DNA of 60,362 nt from assembly GCA_018500105.2 (NCBI GenBank), contig JAHBAL020000053.1:1-60362 (forward strand). The letters are read 5' to 3'. The notes under the pieces were generated by a model. The model did not search any database and was not told the origin of the DNA. It saw nothing but the letters and a program-made list of their open reading frames with translations. Positions 1 through 8,240 of this stretch are shown one piece after another. The number at the start of each line of letters is the position of its first letter. The stretch's first letter is position 1. The DNA is from Anaerolineae bacterium (GTDB lineage: Bacteria > Chloroflexota > Anaerolineae > J036 > Brachytrichaceae). Made by a program: the position numbers and the translations under genes.

Positions 1-157
1 GGCTGTTCAAAAGTCAGCCGCATTCTAAACCGTCATCTCCGCGAACGCGGAGATCCATAATTTGGCCGGCTCAAAACATAGCAATTTCATCAAATGATGT
101 CCGTTTGGTTATGGATTCCCTCTTTCGAGGGAATGACGAAACGACTTTTGAACAGCC
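1..157. repeat. MITE-like or structured element: perfect 15-bp terminal inverted repeat enclosing two short hairpins
   Basis: GGCTGTTCAAAAGTC (1-15) is the exact reverse complement of GACTTTTGAACAGCC (143-157). Internal hairpins are ATCTCCGCG-AA-CGCGGAGAT (35-54) and ATTCCCTC-TTTC-GAGGGAAT (115-134). The left edge coincides with the window start, so the true extent is unknown. Confidence 0.4.
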
Positions 158-287
158 TTGCATTGTTGAAAACACAGCAAAAATAGAGGCATTCACACCA
201 ATATCCGACTTTAACGAATTTCTTGCCACTTGCAACCTGCAACTTGCTAAGAACTTGATGTTATGATGTAACGCAAGGAATACAAAC

Positions 288-959
288 ATGAAATTCTTTT
301 TAGACAGTGCAAAAATTGATGAAATTCGATATGCCCGCAATATGTGGGCGATTGACGGTGTGACCAGCAACCCGCGCCACATTAAGGCCAGTGGCAAGCC
401 ATTCTTAAGCGCGGTCGAAGACCTCGCCGCCTTGGGGCGCGAATTTGGCGACGATTTCGCCATTAGCGTCGAGGTGAACCCACACCACACCACCGCCGAG
501 GCGATGGTCGAAGAGGGCGAGCGCATTTGGAATATGTGCCCCAGCAATTTCGTGGTGAAGCTGCCGTGTATTGATGCCGGTTACAAGGCGCTGCAAATTT
601 TTGGCGAAAAGGACATTCCCTGCAACATGACCTTATGCTTTAACGCCGTGCAGGCGCTACAAGCCGGTCGCTTGGGCGCACGCTTTATTTCGCCATTTAT
701 TGGCTGGAAAGAAACCAACGGCGAAGAAGTTGAGCATTTTATCGAAGAAATTGTCACCATTTACGACAATTTCGATTTTGCCACCGAGATTTTGGTCGCC
801 GCCGTGCGCAATGGCCGCCAAATCGCCGAGGCCGCCATTGCTGGGGCCGATATCGTCACCGCTGGCTTTGATGTCTATAAAGAAGCCTTTGAACACCCTT
901 ACACCCCCGTCGGCCTCAAGCGCTTCGCCGATGCCTGGGACGCGACACCCTATAAATAA
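288..959 (+). CDS. Transaldolase type 3B / fructose-6-phosphate aldolase family protein
   Basis: 223 aa. N-terminus MKFFLDSAKIDEI...GVTSNPRHI and an internal VVKLP Schiff-base lysine context are typical of short TalC/FSA-type transaldolases. The antisense ORF 71..547 is ignored. Confidence 0.85.
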   Translation: MKFFLDSAKIDEIRYARNMWAIDGVTSNPRHIKASGKPFLSAVEDLAALGREFGDDFAISVEVNPHHTTAEAMVEEGERIWNMCPSNFVVKLPCIDAGYKALQIFGEKDIPCNMTLCFNAVQALQAGRLGARFISPFIGWKETNGEEVEHFIEEIVTIYDNFDFATEILVAAVRNGRQIAEAAIAGADIVTAGFDVYKEAFEHPYTPVGLKRFADAWDATPYK

Positions 960-963
960 AGTA

Positions 964-1037
964 GCAAGTGGAAAGTGCTAAGTGCAAAGTGATTGAGCCA
1001 ACTACTTAGCACTTTCCACTTTTCACTTGGCACTCTC
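964..1037. repeat. Inverted tandem-heptamer array (unit NNAAGTG / CACTTNN)
   Basis: Left arm is GCAAGTG GAAAGTG CTAAGTG CAAAGTG (964-991). Right arm is TACTTAG CACTTTC CACTTTT CACTTGG CACTCTC (1003-1037). An 18-bp perfect complement is AAGTGGAAAGTGCTAAGT / ACTTAGCACTTTCCACTT. Confidence 0.9.
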
Positions 1038-1040
1038 TTT

Positions 1041-2384
1041 ATGGCAAATACTGCAAAATTAGGGGTGGTGTGTTTAGGGCGATTGACATTTGATCATGAA
1101 TTGGCGGTGCAGTGGTATGCCCAAACGCGGGCGCGGCTGAGCGAACTGGCAGGCGTAAGCGTGACGGCGATTGAGTCGTTGGTCATTGAGCAACCCGACG
1201 CCGAGGCTGCAATTGCCACATTGCAAGCGGCGAATGTGGACGCGCTGCTCATCATCAACGGCACATTCGCGTTGGGTGGCTTGGCGATGAGTTTGGGCAA
1301 GGCGCTTAACGTGCCGATCATGCTTTGGGCATGGCACGAACCCGCCGAACAAACCGGCAAATTGCGCCTCAATTCATTGGTCGGGGTCAACCTAAACGCC
1401 AGCAATTTATACAAGCTTGGCTTTCGCCCTCAAACCATTTACGCCGCGCACGATGACAGCGCGGCCTTGCAAAAAATCGGCAACTTCACCCGCGCCGCCG
1501 CTGCCATTCGTGACCTCAACGGCTTGCGCGTCGGCGTGATCGGCGGGCACGCGCCCGGTTTCGACAACCTTGCTGTCAACAAAATGGCTTTGCGTAAAGC
1601 ACTGGGCATCGAGGTGGTTGAGGTGGGGCTGCAAACGTTGATCAGCGCCGCCAACGCCCAAACTGTCGGCGAAAATACAGCCGCATCCCCCAGCAATCAA
1701 TTTGACGACATCAGCGAGCTGAGCGAAACGCAATTGAACAAATATGATGCTTTGGTGGCAGCGGCGCGTGGCTTGGCCGCCAACCAAAAATTCAATGTTC
1801 TGACGATCAAGTGTTGGGGCGATTTGGCCGAGCAATACGGCATCGCGGGCTGCGGGGCGGTGAGCGCCCTCACCAGCGGTGGACTCACCACCGGCTGCGA
1901 AGGCGATGTGTTGGGCGCGGTGTCCATGCGCATCGGCGAGCAATTGACCGGCGAAAAGGCCGTGCTGATGGATTTGGTCTCGACCGACGATGCGACAAAC
2001 ACGGCGCTGTTTTGGCATGTCGGTTGTGCGCCGGTGTGTTTGGCGGCGGCGGGTCAGCCGCGCCATTTGTTCTCGCATTTTGCGGGCGGCAAAGGCGTGA
2101 CGGCAGGCTTCGGACTGCGTCCGGGGCGCGTCACCATTTTGCGGCTGGGCGACGATGGCGAAAATTTGCGCATTTTGGCCTGCACCGGAACGGCGCTCGA
2201 TACCGCCATGCACATTCGCGGAACCGTATCGCGGGTGCAGTTGGATGGAAATGTCGGCGCATTTTTGAACGAAATCCTCGCCAACGGCTGGGAGCATCAC
2301 GTGGTGCTGGCCTATGGCGAAATCTTGCCCGAATTGCAAACCCTCGGCAGCATGTTGGGTGTGCCGGTTGTTGTAGCAGGATGA
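1041..2384 (+). CDS. L-fucose/L-arabinose isomerase family protein (sugar aldose-ketose isomerase-like)
   Basis: The ORF-track start at 993 lies inside the heptamer repeat (peptide FHFSLGTLF). I prefer the ATG at 1041 (MANTAKLGVVCLGRLTF...). The N-terminal swivel-like region with IINGTFALGG and overall length resemble fucose-isomerase-like proteins. Substrate unknown. Confidence 0.6.
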   Translation: MANTAKLGVVCLGRLTFDHELAVQWYAQTRARLSELAGVSVTAIESLVIEQPDAEAAIATLQAANVDALLIINGTFALGGLAMSLGKALNVPIMLWAWHEPAEQTGKLRLNSLVGVNLNASNLYKLGFRPQTIYAAHDDSAALQKIGNFTRAAAAIRDLNGLRVGVIGGHAPGFDNLAVNKMALRKALGIEVVEVGLQTLISAANAQTVGENTAASPSNQFDDISELSETQLNKYDALVAAARGLAANQKFNVLTIKCWGDLAEQYGIAGCGAVSALTSGGLTTGCEGDVLGAVSMRIGEQLTGEKAVLMDLVSTDDATNTALFWHVGCAPVCLAAAGQPRHLFSHFAGGKGVTAGFGLRPGRVTILRLGDDGENLRILACTGTALDTAMHIRGTVSRVQLDGNVGAFLNEILANGWEHHVVLAYGEILPELQTLGSMLGVPVVVAG

Positions 2385-2390
2385 GGAAGG

Positions 2391-2492
2391 GTATCAAAGT
2401 ATCAGAGTATCAAGGTGTCAAAGTTTTGATGACAGTTTGATACTCTGACACCCCTACCCTGCCACTTTGCAACCTGCAACCTTCAACCTGCC
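2391..2492. repeat. Composite repeat: period-8 inverted array (TATCAAAG-type) followed by a GCAACCT heptamer run
   Basis: TATCAAAG TATCAGAG TATCAAGG TGTCAAAG (2392-2423) faces TTTGATACTCTGACAC (~2436-2451). It is followed by GCCACTTTGCAACCTGCAACCTTCAACCTGCC (2461-2492). Confidence 0.8.
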
Positions 2493-2552
2493 CCCCTAAC
2501 AAAAAAATTCCGTCTATTGGAATGATACCGAATCGTCTATCATAGGCAGTAT

Positions 2553-4268
2553 ATGGCAATCAACATTCTTAATCCAGTTCCCTCAGACTTAGAGATCGCG
2601 CAGGCGGCTGAGATTCGCCCTATTCGCGAAATTGCGGCGAGTGTCGGACTAACCGAAGATGACCTTGAGATGTATGGTCGTAATAAGGCCAAAGTGCATT
2701 TGGATGTGCGCGAACGTCTAAAAGATAAGCCACAAGGCAAATATATCGTCGTGACCGCCATCACCCCCACCCCACTTGGCGAAGGCAAAACCACGACCAC
2801 GATTGGTCTTTCGCAAGCCCTACACGTCATGGGCAAGAAGATCATGACCTGTATCCGCCAACCCAGCATGGGGCCGACGTTCGGCATCAAGGGTGGCGCA
2901 GCAGGCGGCGGCTATGCCCAAGTCGTGCCGATGGAAGACTTTAACCTGCACCTGACCGGCGATATTCACGCCATTGGTGCGGCCCACAACTTGCTATGCG
3001 CTGCGGTTGACAATCATTTGCAACACGGCAACGATTTCCGCATTGATCCCAGCGCCATTTTGGTGCGCCGCGTGGTTGACATCAACGACCGAACCTTGCG
3101 CTCGATCAAAATCGGGCAAGGCGGCAAGGATGACGGCGTGCCGCGTGACACCGGCTACGACATCACTGTTGCCTCAGAAGTAATGGCGATTTTGGCCTTG
3201 GCGACCAGCATCGAAGACCTACGCGCCCGTTTGGGCCGCATGGTGGTGGCGCTTGATGTGGACGGCAATATGGTGACCGCCGAGCAACTCAAGGTGGCCG
3301 GCGCAATGACGGTATTGCTCAAGGATGCCATCATGCCGACCATGATGCAAACACTCGAACATTCGCCAGTGTTGGTGCATTGCGGGCCATTTGCCAATAT
3401 TGCGCACGGCAACAACAGCATTGTGGCCGACCAAATCGCGCTCAAGCTGGCCGATTATGTGGTGACTGAAGCCGGTTTCGGGGCCGACATGGGCATGGAG
3501 AAATTCATGAACATTAAGTGCCGCTATAGTGGCCTCACGCCCAATTGTGTGGTGTTGGTGGCGACGGTGCGGGCACTCAAGATGCACGGCAGCGGTTTAA
3601 ATATTGTGCTGGGCAAGAAATTGCCGGTTGAATTGACCGAAGAGAATTTGGAATGGCTCGACAAGGGCTGCGCCAATATGGTCAAGCAAATTCAAAACGC
3701 CCGCAAGTTCGGTGTGCCAGTCGTGGTGGCGGTCAATAACTTCACCACCGACACCGAGGCCGAAATGGAACTCATTCGCCGCCGCGCCGTCGAGGCGGGC
3801 GCAATGGGCGCATTTGTCAGCCGTGTGTGGGGCCAAGCTGGTGCGGGCGGGCGCGAATTGGCCGAGGCCGTGATCGAGGCGTGTAATCAGCCAAGTGAAT
3901 TCAAGTTCTTGTATCCACTCGAATGGACAATCAAGGAAAAGATCGAGGCCATTGCACGTGAGATTTACGGGGCGGATGGGGTAGATTATTCACCCGAGGC
4001 CGAGGCGCGGATTGCCCAATTCAACAAACTTGGGTTCGACAAATTGCCGATGTGTATGGCAAAGACGCACCTGAGCCTAAGCCACGATGCCAAGCTGCGC
4101 GGCGCACCCACTGGCTGGCGTTTGCCAGTGCGCGATGTGCGGGCTTCGGTGGGGGCTGGCTTCCTTTACCCGCTGTGCGGCGACATGCGCACCATGCCGG
4201 GCTTGAGCAAGCGCCCAGCCTACGAGCGCGTTGACCTCATTGACGGCAAGGTCGTCGGGTTGTTCTAA
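2553..4268 (+). CDS. fhs: Formate--tetrahydrofolate ligase
   Basis: 571 aa, with P-loop TPLGEGKTTTTIGL and end-to-end FTHFS-like sequence (NIAHGNNS, MCMAKTHLSLSHD). Confidence 0.95.
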   Translation: MAINILNPVPSDLEIAQAAEIRPIREIAASVGLTEDDLEMYGRNKAKVHLDVRERLKDKPQGKYIVVTAITPTPLGEGKTTTTIGLSQALHVMGKKIMTCIRQPSMGPTFGIKGGAAGGGYAQVVPMEDFNLHLTGDIHAIGAAHNLLCAAVDNHLQHGNDFRIDPSAILVRRVVDINDRTLRSIKIGQGGKDDGVPRDTGYDITVASEVMAILALATSIEDLRARLGRMVVALDVDGNMVTAEQLKVAGAMTVLLKDAIMPTMMQTLEHSPVLVHCGPFANIAHGNNSIVADQIALKLADYVVTEAGFGADMGMEKFMNIKCRYSGLTPNCVVLVATVRALKMHGSGLNIVLGKKLPVELTEENLEWLDKGCANMVKQIQNARKFGVPVVVAVNNFTTDTEAEMELIRRRAVEAGAMGAFVSRVWGQAGAGGRELAEAVIEACNQPSEFKFLYPLEWTIKEKIEAIAREIYGADGVDYSPEAEARIAQFNKLGFDKLPMCMAKTHLSLSHDAKLRGAPTGWRLPVRDVRASVGAGFLYPLCGDMRTMPGLSKRPAYERVDLIDGKVVGLF

Positions 4269-4287
4269 ATTTTTAGGCTGAAATAGC

Positions 4288-4322
4288 AAAGCGGGGCGTG
4301 TGATGACACGCCCCGCTTTTTT
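4288..4322. terminator. Bidirectional intrinsic terminator between convergent fhs and ahcY
   Basis: AAA-GCGGGGCGTG-TGATGA-CACGCCCCGC-TTTTTT. This is a 10-bp GC-rich stem flanked by an A-tract and a T-tract. Confidence 0.8.
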
Positions 4323-4367
4323 AATTTTGCATCGCCGCATTAAAAACGCGAATAAAGCCTCGTTAAG

Positions 4368-5588
4368 TTAAGCAATCACGTCAATCTCAATCCCCAAACT
4401 TTTGAGCTTGAGCGAGGCAATGTGCTGGTCAACCGCCAGCGGCAACGTATGCACCTCGTGCGAAAGCTGGGCATGGTTTTTGAGCATGTATTCGGCCCCC
4501 AACGCCTGATTAGCGAAGGTCATGTCCATGACGGTGGGTGGATGGCCTTCGCCCGCCACCAAATTGACCAGCCGCCCCTCGGCGACGAGATTGATACGCC
4601 GCCCATTGGGCCGCAATGTATATTGCCGCACATTCGGGCGCACTTGGCGCGGCGGGCCATCGCTCAGGCTTTCGAGCGCGGGGATGCTGATCTCGACATC
4701 GAAATGACCGGCGTTGCTCAAAATGGCTTGGTCGGGCATTTGGGCGATGTGCGCTTGGTCAACGGCATATTTGTTACCTGTGACAGCAATGAAGACATTG
4801 CCCACCCGTGCGGCCTCGGCGATGGGCATGACGCGAAAACCGTCCATCACCGCCTCTAGCGCCTTGAGCGGGTCAACTTCGGTGACAATGACCTGCGCCC
4901 CCATGCCACGCGCCCGCTCGGCCACGCCGCGCCCACACCAGCCATAGCCACACACCACCACTGTGCTGCCCGCCAGCAAAATATTGGTAGCGCGGATCAG
5001 CCCGTCCAGCGCCGATTGACCCGTGCCATAGCGGTTGTCGTAGTAATGTTTGGTGAGTGAATCGTTGACGCCCAACACCGGAAAGTGCAACATGCCCGAT
5101 TTTGCCATGGCGCGGGCGCGAATGACGCCGGTGGTGGTGGCCTCGGTGCTGCCAATGATTTCGCTCAGTTGTGATTTGCGCTCGGTATGCAAAACCGTCA
5201 GCAAATCACAGCCGTCGTCCATGACGAGGGTGGGCCGATGGTCAAGCGTGATATTGAGGTGGCGATAATAGGTCGGCATGTCTTCGCCACGAATGGCATA
5301 GACCGGAATTTCATCGTTCACCACCAGCGAGGCCGCCACATCGTCTTGGGTGCTGAGTGGGTTGCTGGCGCAAAAGACCACATCCGCCCCACCCGCCTGC
5401 AAGGTGCGCATGAGCGCCGCGCTTTTGGCGGTGACATGCAGCGAGGCCGAAATGCGCAGACCGCGAAAAGGCTGCTCGCGGGCAAATCGCTCGCGGATGG
5501 CGAGCAAGACCGGCATTTGCTGTTCGTTCCACTCAATTTTATAGCGCCCCTCGGTGGCGAGAGCGGGGTTTTTAATGTCGAAATCCAT
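4368..5588 (-). CDS. ahcY: Adenosylhomocysteinase
   Basis: 406 aa, with N-terminal KIEWNEQQMPVL, SASLHVTAKSA, NAD motif VVVCGYGWCGRG and C-terminal HLDVE-like FDVEIS. Confidence 0.93.
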   Translation of the reverse strand: MDFDIKNPALATEGRYKIEWNEQQMPVLLAIRERFAREQPFRGLRISASLHVTAKSAALMRTLQAGGADVVFCASNPLSTQDDVAASLVVNDEIPVYAIRGEDMPTYYRHLNITLDHRPTLVMDDGCDLLTVLHTERKSQLSEIIGSTEATTTGVIRARAMAKSGMLHFPVLGVNDSLTKHYYDNRYGTGQSALDGLIRATNILLAGSTVVVCGYGWCGRGVAERARGMGAQVIVTEVDPLKALEAVMDGFRVMPIAEAARVGNVFIAVTGNKYAVDQAHIAQMPDQAILSNAGHFDVEISIPALESLSDGPPRQVRPNVRQYTLRPNGRRINLVAEGRLVNLVAGEGHPPTVMDMTFANQALGAEYMLKNHAQLSHEVHTLPLAVDQHIASLKLKSLGIEIDVIA

Positions 5589-5616
5589 CGTTCACACGCT
5601 AGCGCAGGTGCATTAC

Positions 5617-6795
5617 CTACCACCCAGCATCATCATCCCAAGCCTCCTCATCATATCGTGGGTATTGCTCTGGATTTTCGCCTTTTCGATCAACCACTCT
5701 GGGTAATGCGCCATTGGCGATTGGGTTAATGGCGATCACTTTTACCTCAAATAAATTATCATCGCCAAAATCGAAAAGATACTTTAGGCTAAAATTTAGC
5801 CGCAACCCCAAATCACCTAACCGATAGTCATCAGCAGAGTAGCGTCCATCAATCATAGGTGACTTAAATGTAAATAACTCATCGCGATCATCTTCTTTCA
5901 GGGTAAAAAGCCATAGATGATCATTCCCCCAATCAATGGATTCTTGAATAGCATTGTGCAAATCAAGCAAGTTATCTGTCGAGGCAATTTCGATTGAGCG
6001 ATACATTTTGGGAAAACCTATTAGCGTTACTTTAAGGGTGTAAGTGCCGTCAGGATTTTCGAGGGGTAATTGGACGCCGACTCGACCCAGCACATATCGC
6101 GCCAAAAAACATACCTGGGTATTTGTATCATGTTGCGCAATATCGGTTAATATTTGTTGCTCATCAGGCGTAAATGATCTTACGGTGGCCAGTTTGGTCA
6201 GTTCGGGCGCGTATTTAATCTTGCTATTCTTATCTCCGTCCGGAAAATATTGAGAAAATTTATCGCTAAAATAACCACGCACAGCTATGATTAACCGTAT
6301 GGCTTCGTAACGCACATTAGAATCGGGGTGATTCAGCAATTCCCACAATAATTTGTCGGCTTGGTCGTCAAACAACGCCAAGTAAGCAATGCCTGATACC
6401 GCAAGCGATTTGCGTTTTTTGATGAGTGCATCTCTTGGTTTGATCAGAGTGAGCACGTGTTTAAAAAATGGAAGACACTTTGCGCTTCGTGTCTTGATTA
6501 ATAATCTTACTAACCGCTCTTGAGCAAAGCTTACGTTATGGCCCCCGCGCTCGAAAATAGTAAGATAGAGTTGTTCAACCAGTTCAATATCATGTTGATG
6601 GATATAGCCATCGTCATAAGAATTGGTGACTAAACTGAATAAGTCGTATTTTTTAGAAGCATTTGGCTCATCTAACTTGACAACAGCTTGGGTTAACTTG
6701 TCGTGCATGTTCATCGCCACTGTTCTGGATTCTACCCAGTCATCTTGTCGGCAGTCCAATGCAATCCAACTTTCGAAGGGACGATCATCAAACAT
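5617..6795 (-). CDS. Two-domain protein: N-terminal HEAT/helical-repeat-like region plus C-terminal MM3350-like (plasmid pRiA4b ORF-3 family) domain
   Basis: The C-terminal region reads YTLKVTLIGFPKMYRSIEI...LLDLHNAIQESIDWGNDHLWLF...LKYLFDFGDDNLFEVKVI. This matches the hallmark pattern of the MM3350-like fold (YxLKVxL...W..SHLH.F...YxYDFGDxWxHxI). The gene is visibly more AT-rich than its neighbours. Confidence 0.55.
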   Translation of the reverse strand: MFDDRPFESWIALDCRQDDWVESRTVAMNMHDKLTQAVVKLDEPNASKKYDLFSLVTNSYDDGYIHQHDIELVEQLYLTIFERGGHNVSFAQERLVRLLIKTRSAKCLPFFKHVLTLIKPRDALIKKRKSLAVSGIAYLALFDDQADKLLWELLNHPDSNVRYEAIRLIIAVRGYFSDKFSQYFPDGDKNSKIKYAPELTKLATVRSFTPDEQQILTDIAQHDTNTQVCFLARYVLGRVGVQLPLENPDGTYTLKVTLIGFPKMYRSIEIASTDNLLDLHNAIQESIDWGNDHLWLFTLKEDDRDELFTFKSPMIDGRYSADDYRLGDLGLRLNFSLKYLFDFGDDNLFEVKVIAINPIANGALPRVVDRKGENPEQYPRYDEEAWDDDAGW

Positions 6796-6863
6796 AATTT
6801 GATCATTTTATCAGTGTGGAATAGTAAAAATAGCGACAATATCAAATCGCCTGATATACGCCC

Positions 6864-7568
6864 CTATTTTAGTGCCCGAACCAAATCATAATCAATAAGC
6901 CATGTGTCGGGCTGAATTTGGTGCGCCCCCATTGCCGCCAATTGCGCCACGAATTTTGGCGTTGGCATGGCGCGGCCCGGCAATTTCCACAAATCGGGGC
7001 CGATGCGATTGCTCAGCATGAGCAAACCACCCGGCTTGAGCACGCGCAACATTTCGCGCACCGCGAGTTGTGGGTTGGCGAAAAATTCGAGCGCCTCGAG
7101 CGACGTCACCACGTCGAAATGGTTGTCGTCGAAGGGCAGCCGCTGGGCGTCATGCAGCAAGAAGCTGACGCGATGGGCGTATGGCGCAAGATTGGCTTTT
7201 GCCAAATCGAGCATTTTGGGCGAGAGGTCAACCGCGACAATTTGCCCATCAAAGTTGGGCTGGGCCAATAATGCGGCTGGCAAACGCCCCGTGCCGCTGC
7301 CCACATCCAGCACCATCGGCGCGGCAATTTTGCGCTGCCGCATATAAATCAACACCGGCGCAGCCAACATGATGGCGTCATAAGCCGGATCAAACGCTTT
7401 GACCGCGTCGTAACGCGGCGCAAACCAATCATACAGCAAGGCAACGACACGCGGGCCAAGATAAGCGCCCTCGGCCACCACCAATTGCCAATATAAAAAC
7501 AACCCCAACGCCGCCAAAACAATGGCGATAAACACAACAAATTGCCAATCCACAGACCAAATTATCAC
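6864..7568 (-). CDS. Class I SAM-dependent methyltransferase with N-terminal TM helix
   Basis: Motif I VLDVGSGTGRL, post-I VAVDLSPKML, and FDVVTSLEALEF. There is a 4-bp start/stop overlap with the upstream HD gene. Confidence 0.8.
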   Translation of the reverse strand: MIIWSVDWQFVVFIAIVLAALGLFLYWQLVVAEGAYLGPRVVALLYDWFAPRYDAVKAFDPAYDAIMLAAPVLIYMRQRKIAAPMVLDVGSGTGRLPAALLAQPNFDGQIVAVDLSPKMLDLAKANLAPYAHRVSFLLHDAQRLPFDDNHFDVVTSLEALEFFANPQLAVREMLRVLKPGGLLMLSNRIGPDLWKLPGRAMPTPKFVAQLAAMGAHQIQPDTWLIDYDLVRALK

Positions 7569-8176
7569 GCAAAATCGAGCTGTGGGCTAGGAACGTGCTT
7601 GTGCATCGGCACAGCCCACAAGATGGGCAGCGGGGTGTAATCGGATAAGGTTTTCTCGTTGGCCTGCTCCGAATCTTTTTTGCAGGTTGCGCCCGTCGTC
7701 AAAATCATCCACACTTCGTCCGATTTGGGGGTAATTTGATGGATTTGCGTGCTTTGGGTGTGCGAGCGATCCAGACCATCGGCAACGCGCAATAGCCCGC
7801 TCAAAATGACGGTTTGGCGTTGTTCGCTGGCATTCAGCAACACAAACAAGGGTTCTTTTAGCGGCTTAAAACGTTTATTGCGATGAAAAGCCACCATGCA
7901 AGCGACCATTTGGCGTTCGATTTTGTTAAATTCGGGCAATTCGGACTGCATCACCAGATCGCGCCCCAAAATGTGGTGGGTGTCGCGGTCTTGGTAGGCG
8001 GCGATATCGTGCAGCAACGCCGCCGCATAAAGCAAATAATGCGCCCGATCACTCAATTGGTGCAAGCTGTGTGTGCCCGTAAACAATTGGCTAGCGAGCA
8101 AAGCCACATATTCAGCATGGGCAATATCGGGTTTGTATTGTGTAAATAAGCGTTGAATACTGTGCATGTTAACCAT
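7565..8176 (-). CDS. HD domain-containing protein (Ppx/GppA C-terminal HD-like)
   Basis: H...LLHDIA...D..HH pattern, followed by RVADGLDRSH, which is typical of the helical HD domain found C-terminal in exopolyphosphatases. Confidence 0.6.
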   Translation of the reverse strand: MVNMHSIQRLFTQYKPDIAHAEYVALLASQLFTGTHSLHQLSDRAHYLLYAAALLHDIAAYQDRDTHHILGRDLVMQSELPEFNKIERQMVACMVAFHRNKRFKPLKEPLFVLLNASEQRQTVILSGLLRVADGLDRSHTQSTQIHQITPKSDEVWMILTTGATCKKDSEQANEKTLSDYTPLPILWAVPMHKHVPSPQLDFA

Positions 8177-8208
8177 TCCTTCAATTTTGCCTTATTTTTA
8201 GCAAACGC

Positions 8209-8240
8209 CTCAAATGTCTCAAATGTCTCAAATGTCTCAA
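8209..8240. repeat. Direct tandem 9-mer CTCAAATGT x3.5
   Basis: CTCAAATGT CTCAAATGT CTCAAATGT CTCAA sits immediately 3' of the ABC exporter stop and upstream of the HD gene start. No inverted partner was seen. Confidence 0.9.

Noticed and set aside
1-157. The flanking inverted repeat plus internal hairpins might be a retron msr/msd ncRNA
   Set aside because: No reverse transcriptase ORF is adjacent within the window; the downstream gene is a transaldolase-type aldolase. This cannot be excluded for the unseen left flank, but nothing here supports it.
993-1040. N-terminal extensions of ORF-track proteins: 993-1040, 14075-14089, 15569-15679, 20055-20144, 33499-33594, 57323-57442 and 60171-60281
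   Set aside because: These segments translate the heptamer or hairpin repeats (for example FHFSLGTLF, WFLILGSWFLIL, STFHFQLSTFHF, PLPMGEGVEGEG). Each is followed by an in-frame ATG that gives a family-typical N-terminus.
1407-2339. Long antisense ORFs: 1407..2339(-), 71..547(-), 5187..5729(+), 10305..10850(+), 10516..10992(-), 12267..12899(-), 13501..13941(-), 14466..14972(-), 19356..20045(+), 21418..21954(+), 22544..22951(+), 59495..59860(+) and 59865..60335(+)
   Set aside because: Each lies opposite a gene with clear family motifs. The translations are Arg/Ala/Gly/His-rich and low in information, as is typical of the antisense frame of GC-rich genes.
2493-2552. A possible THF or ZTP riboswitch upstream of fhs
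   Set aside because: The ~60-nt leader after the repeat (CCCCTAACAAAAAAATTCCGTCTATTGGAATGATACCGAATCG...) shows none of the GC-rich conserved cores that I recall for ZTP or THF riboswitches, and it is too short.
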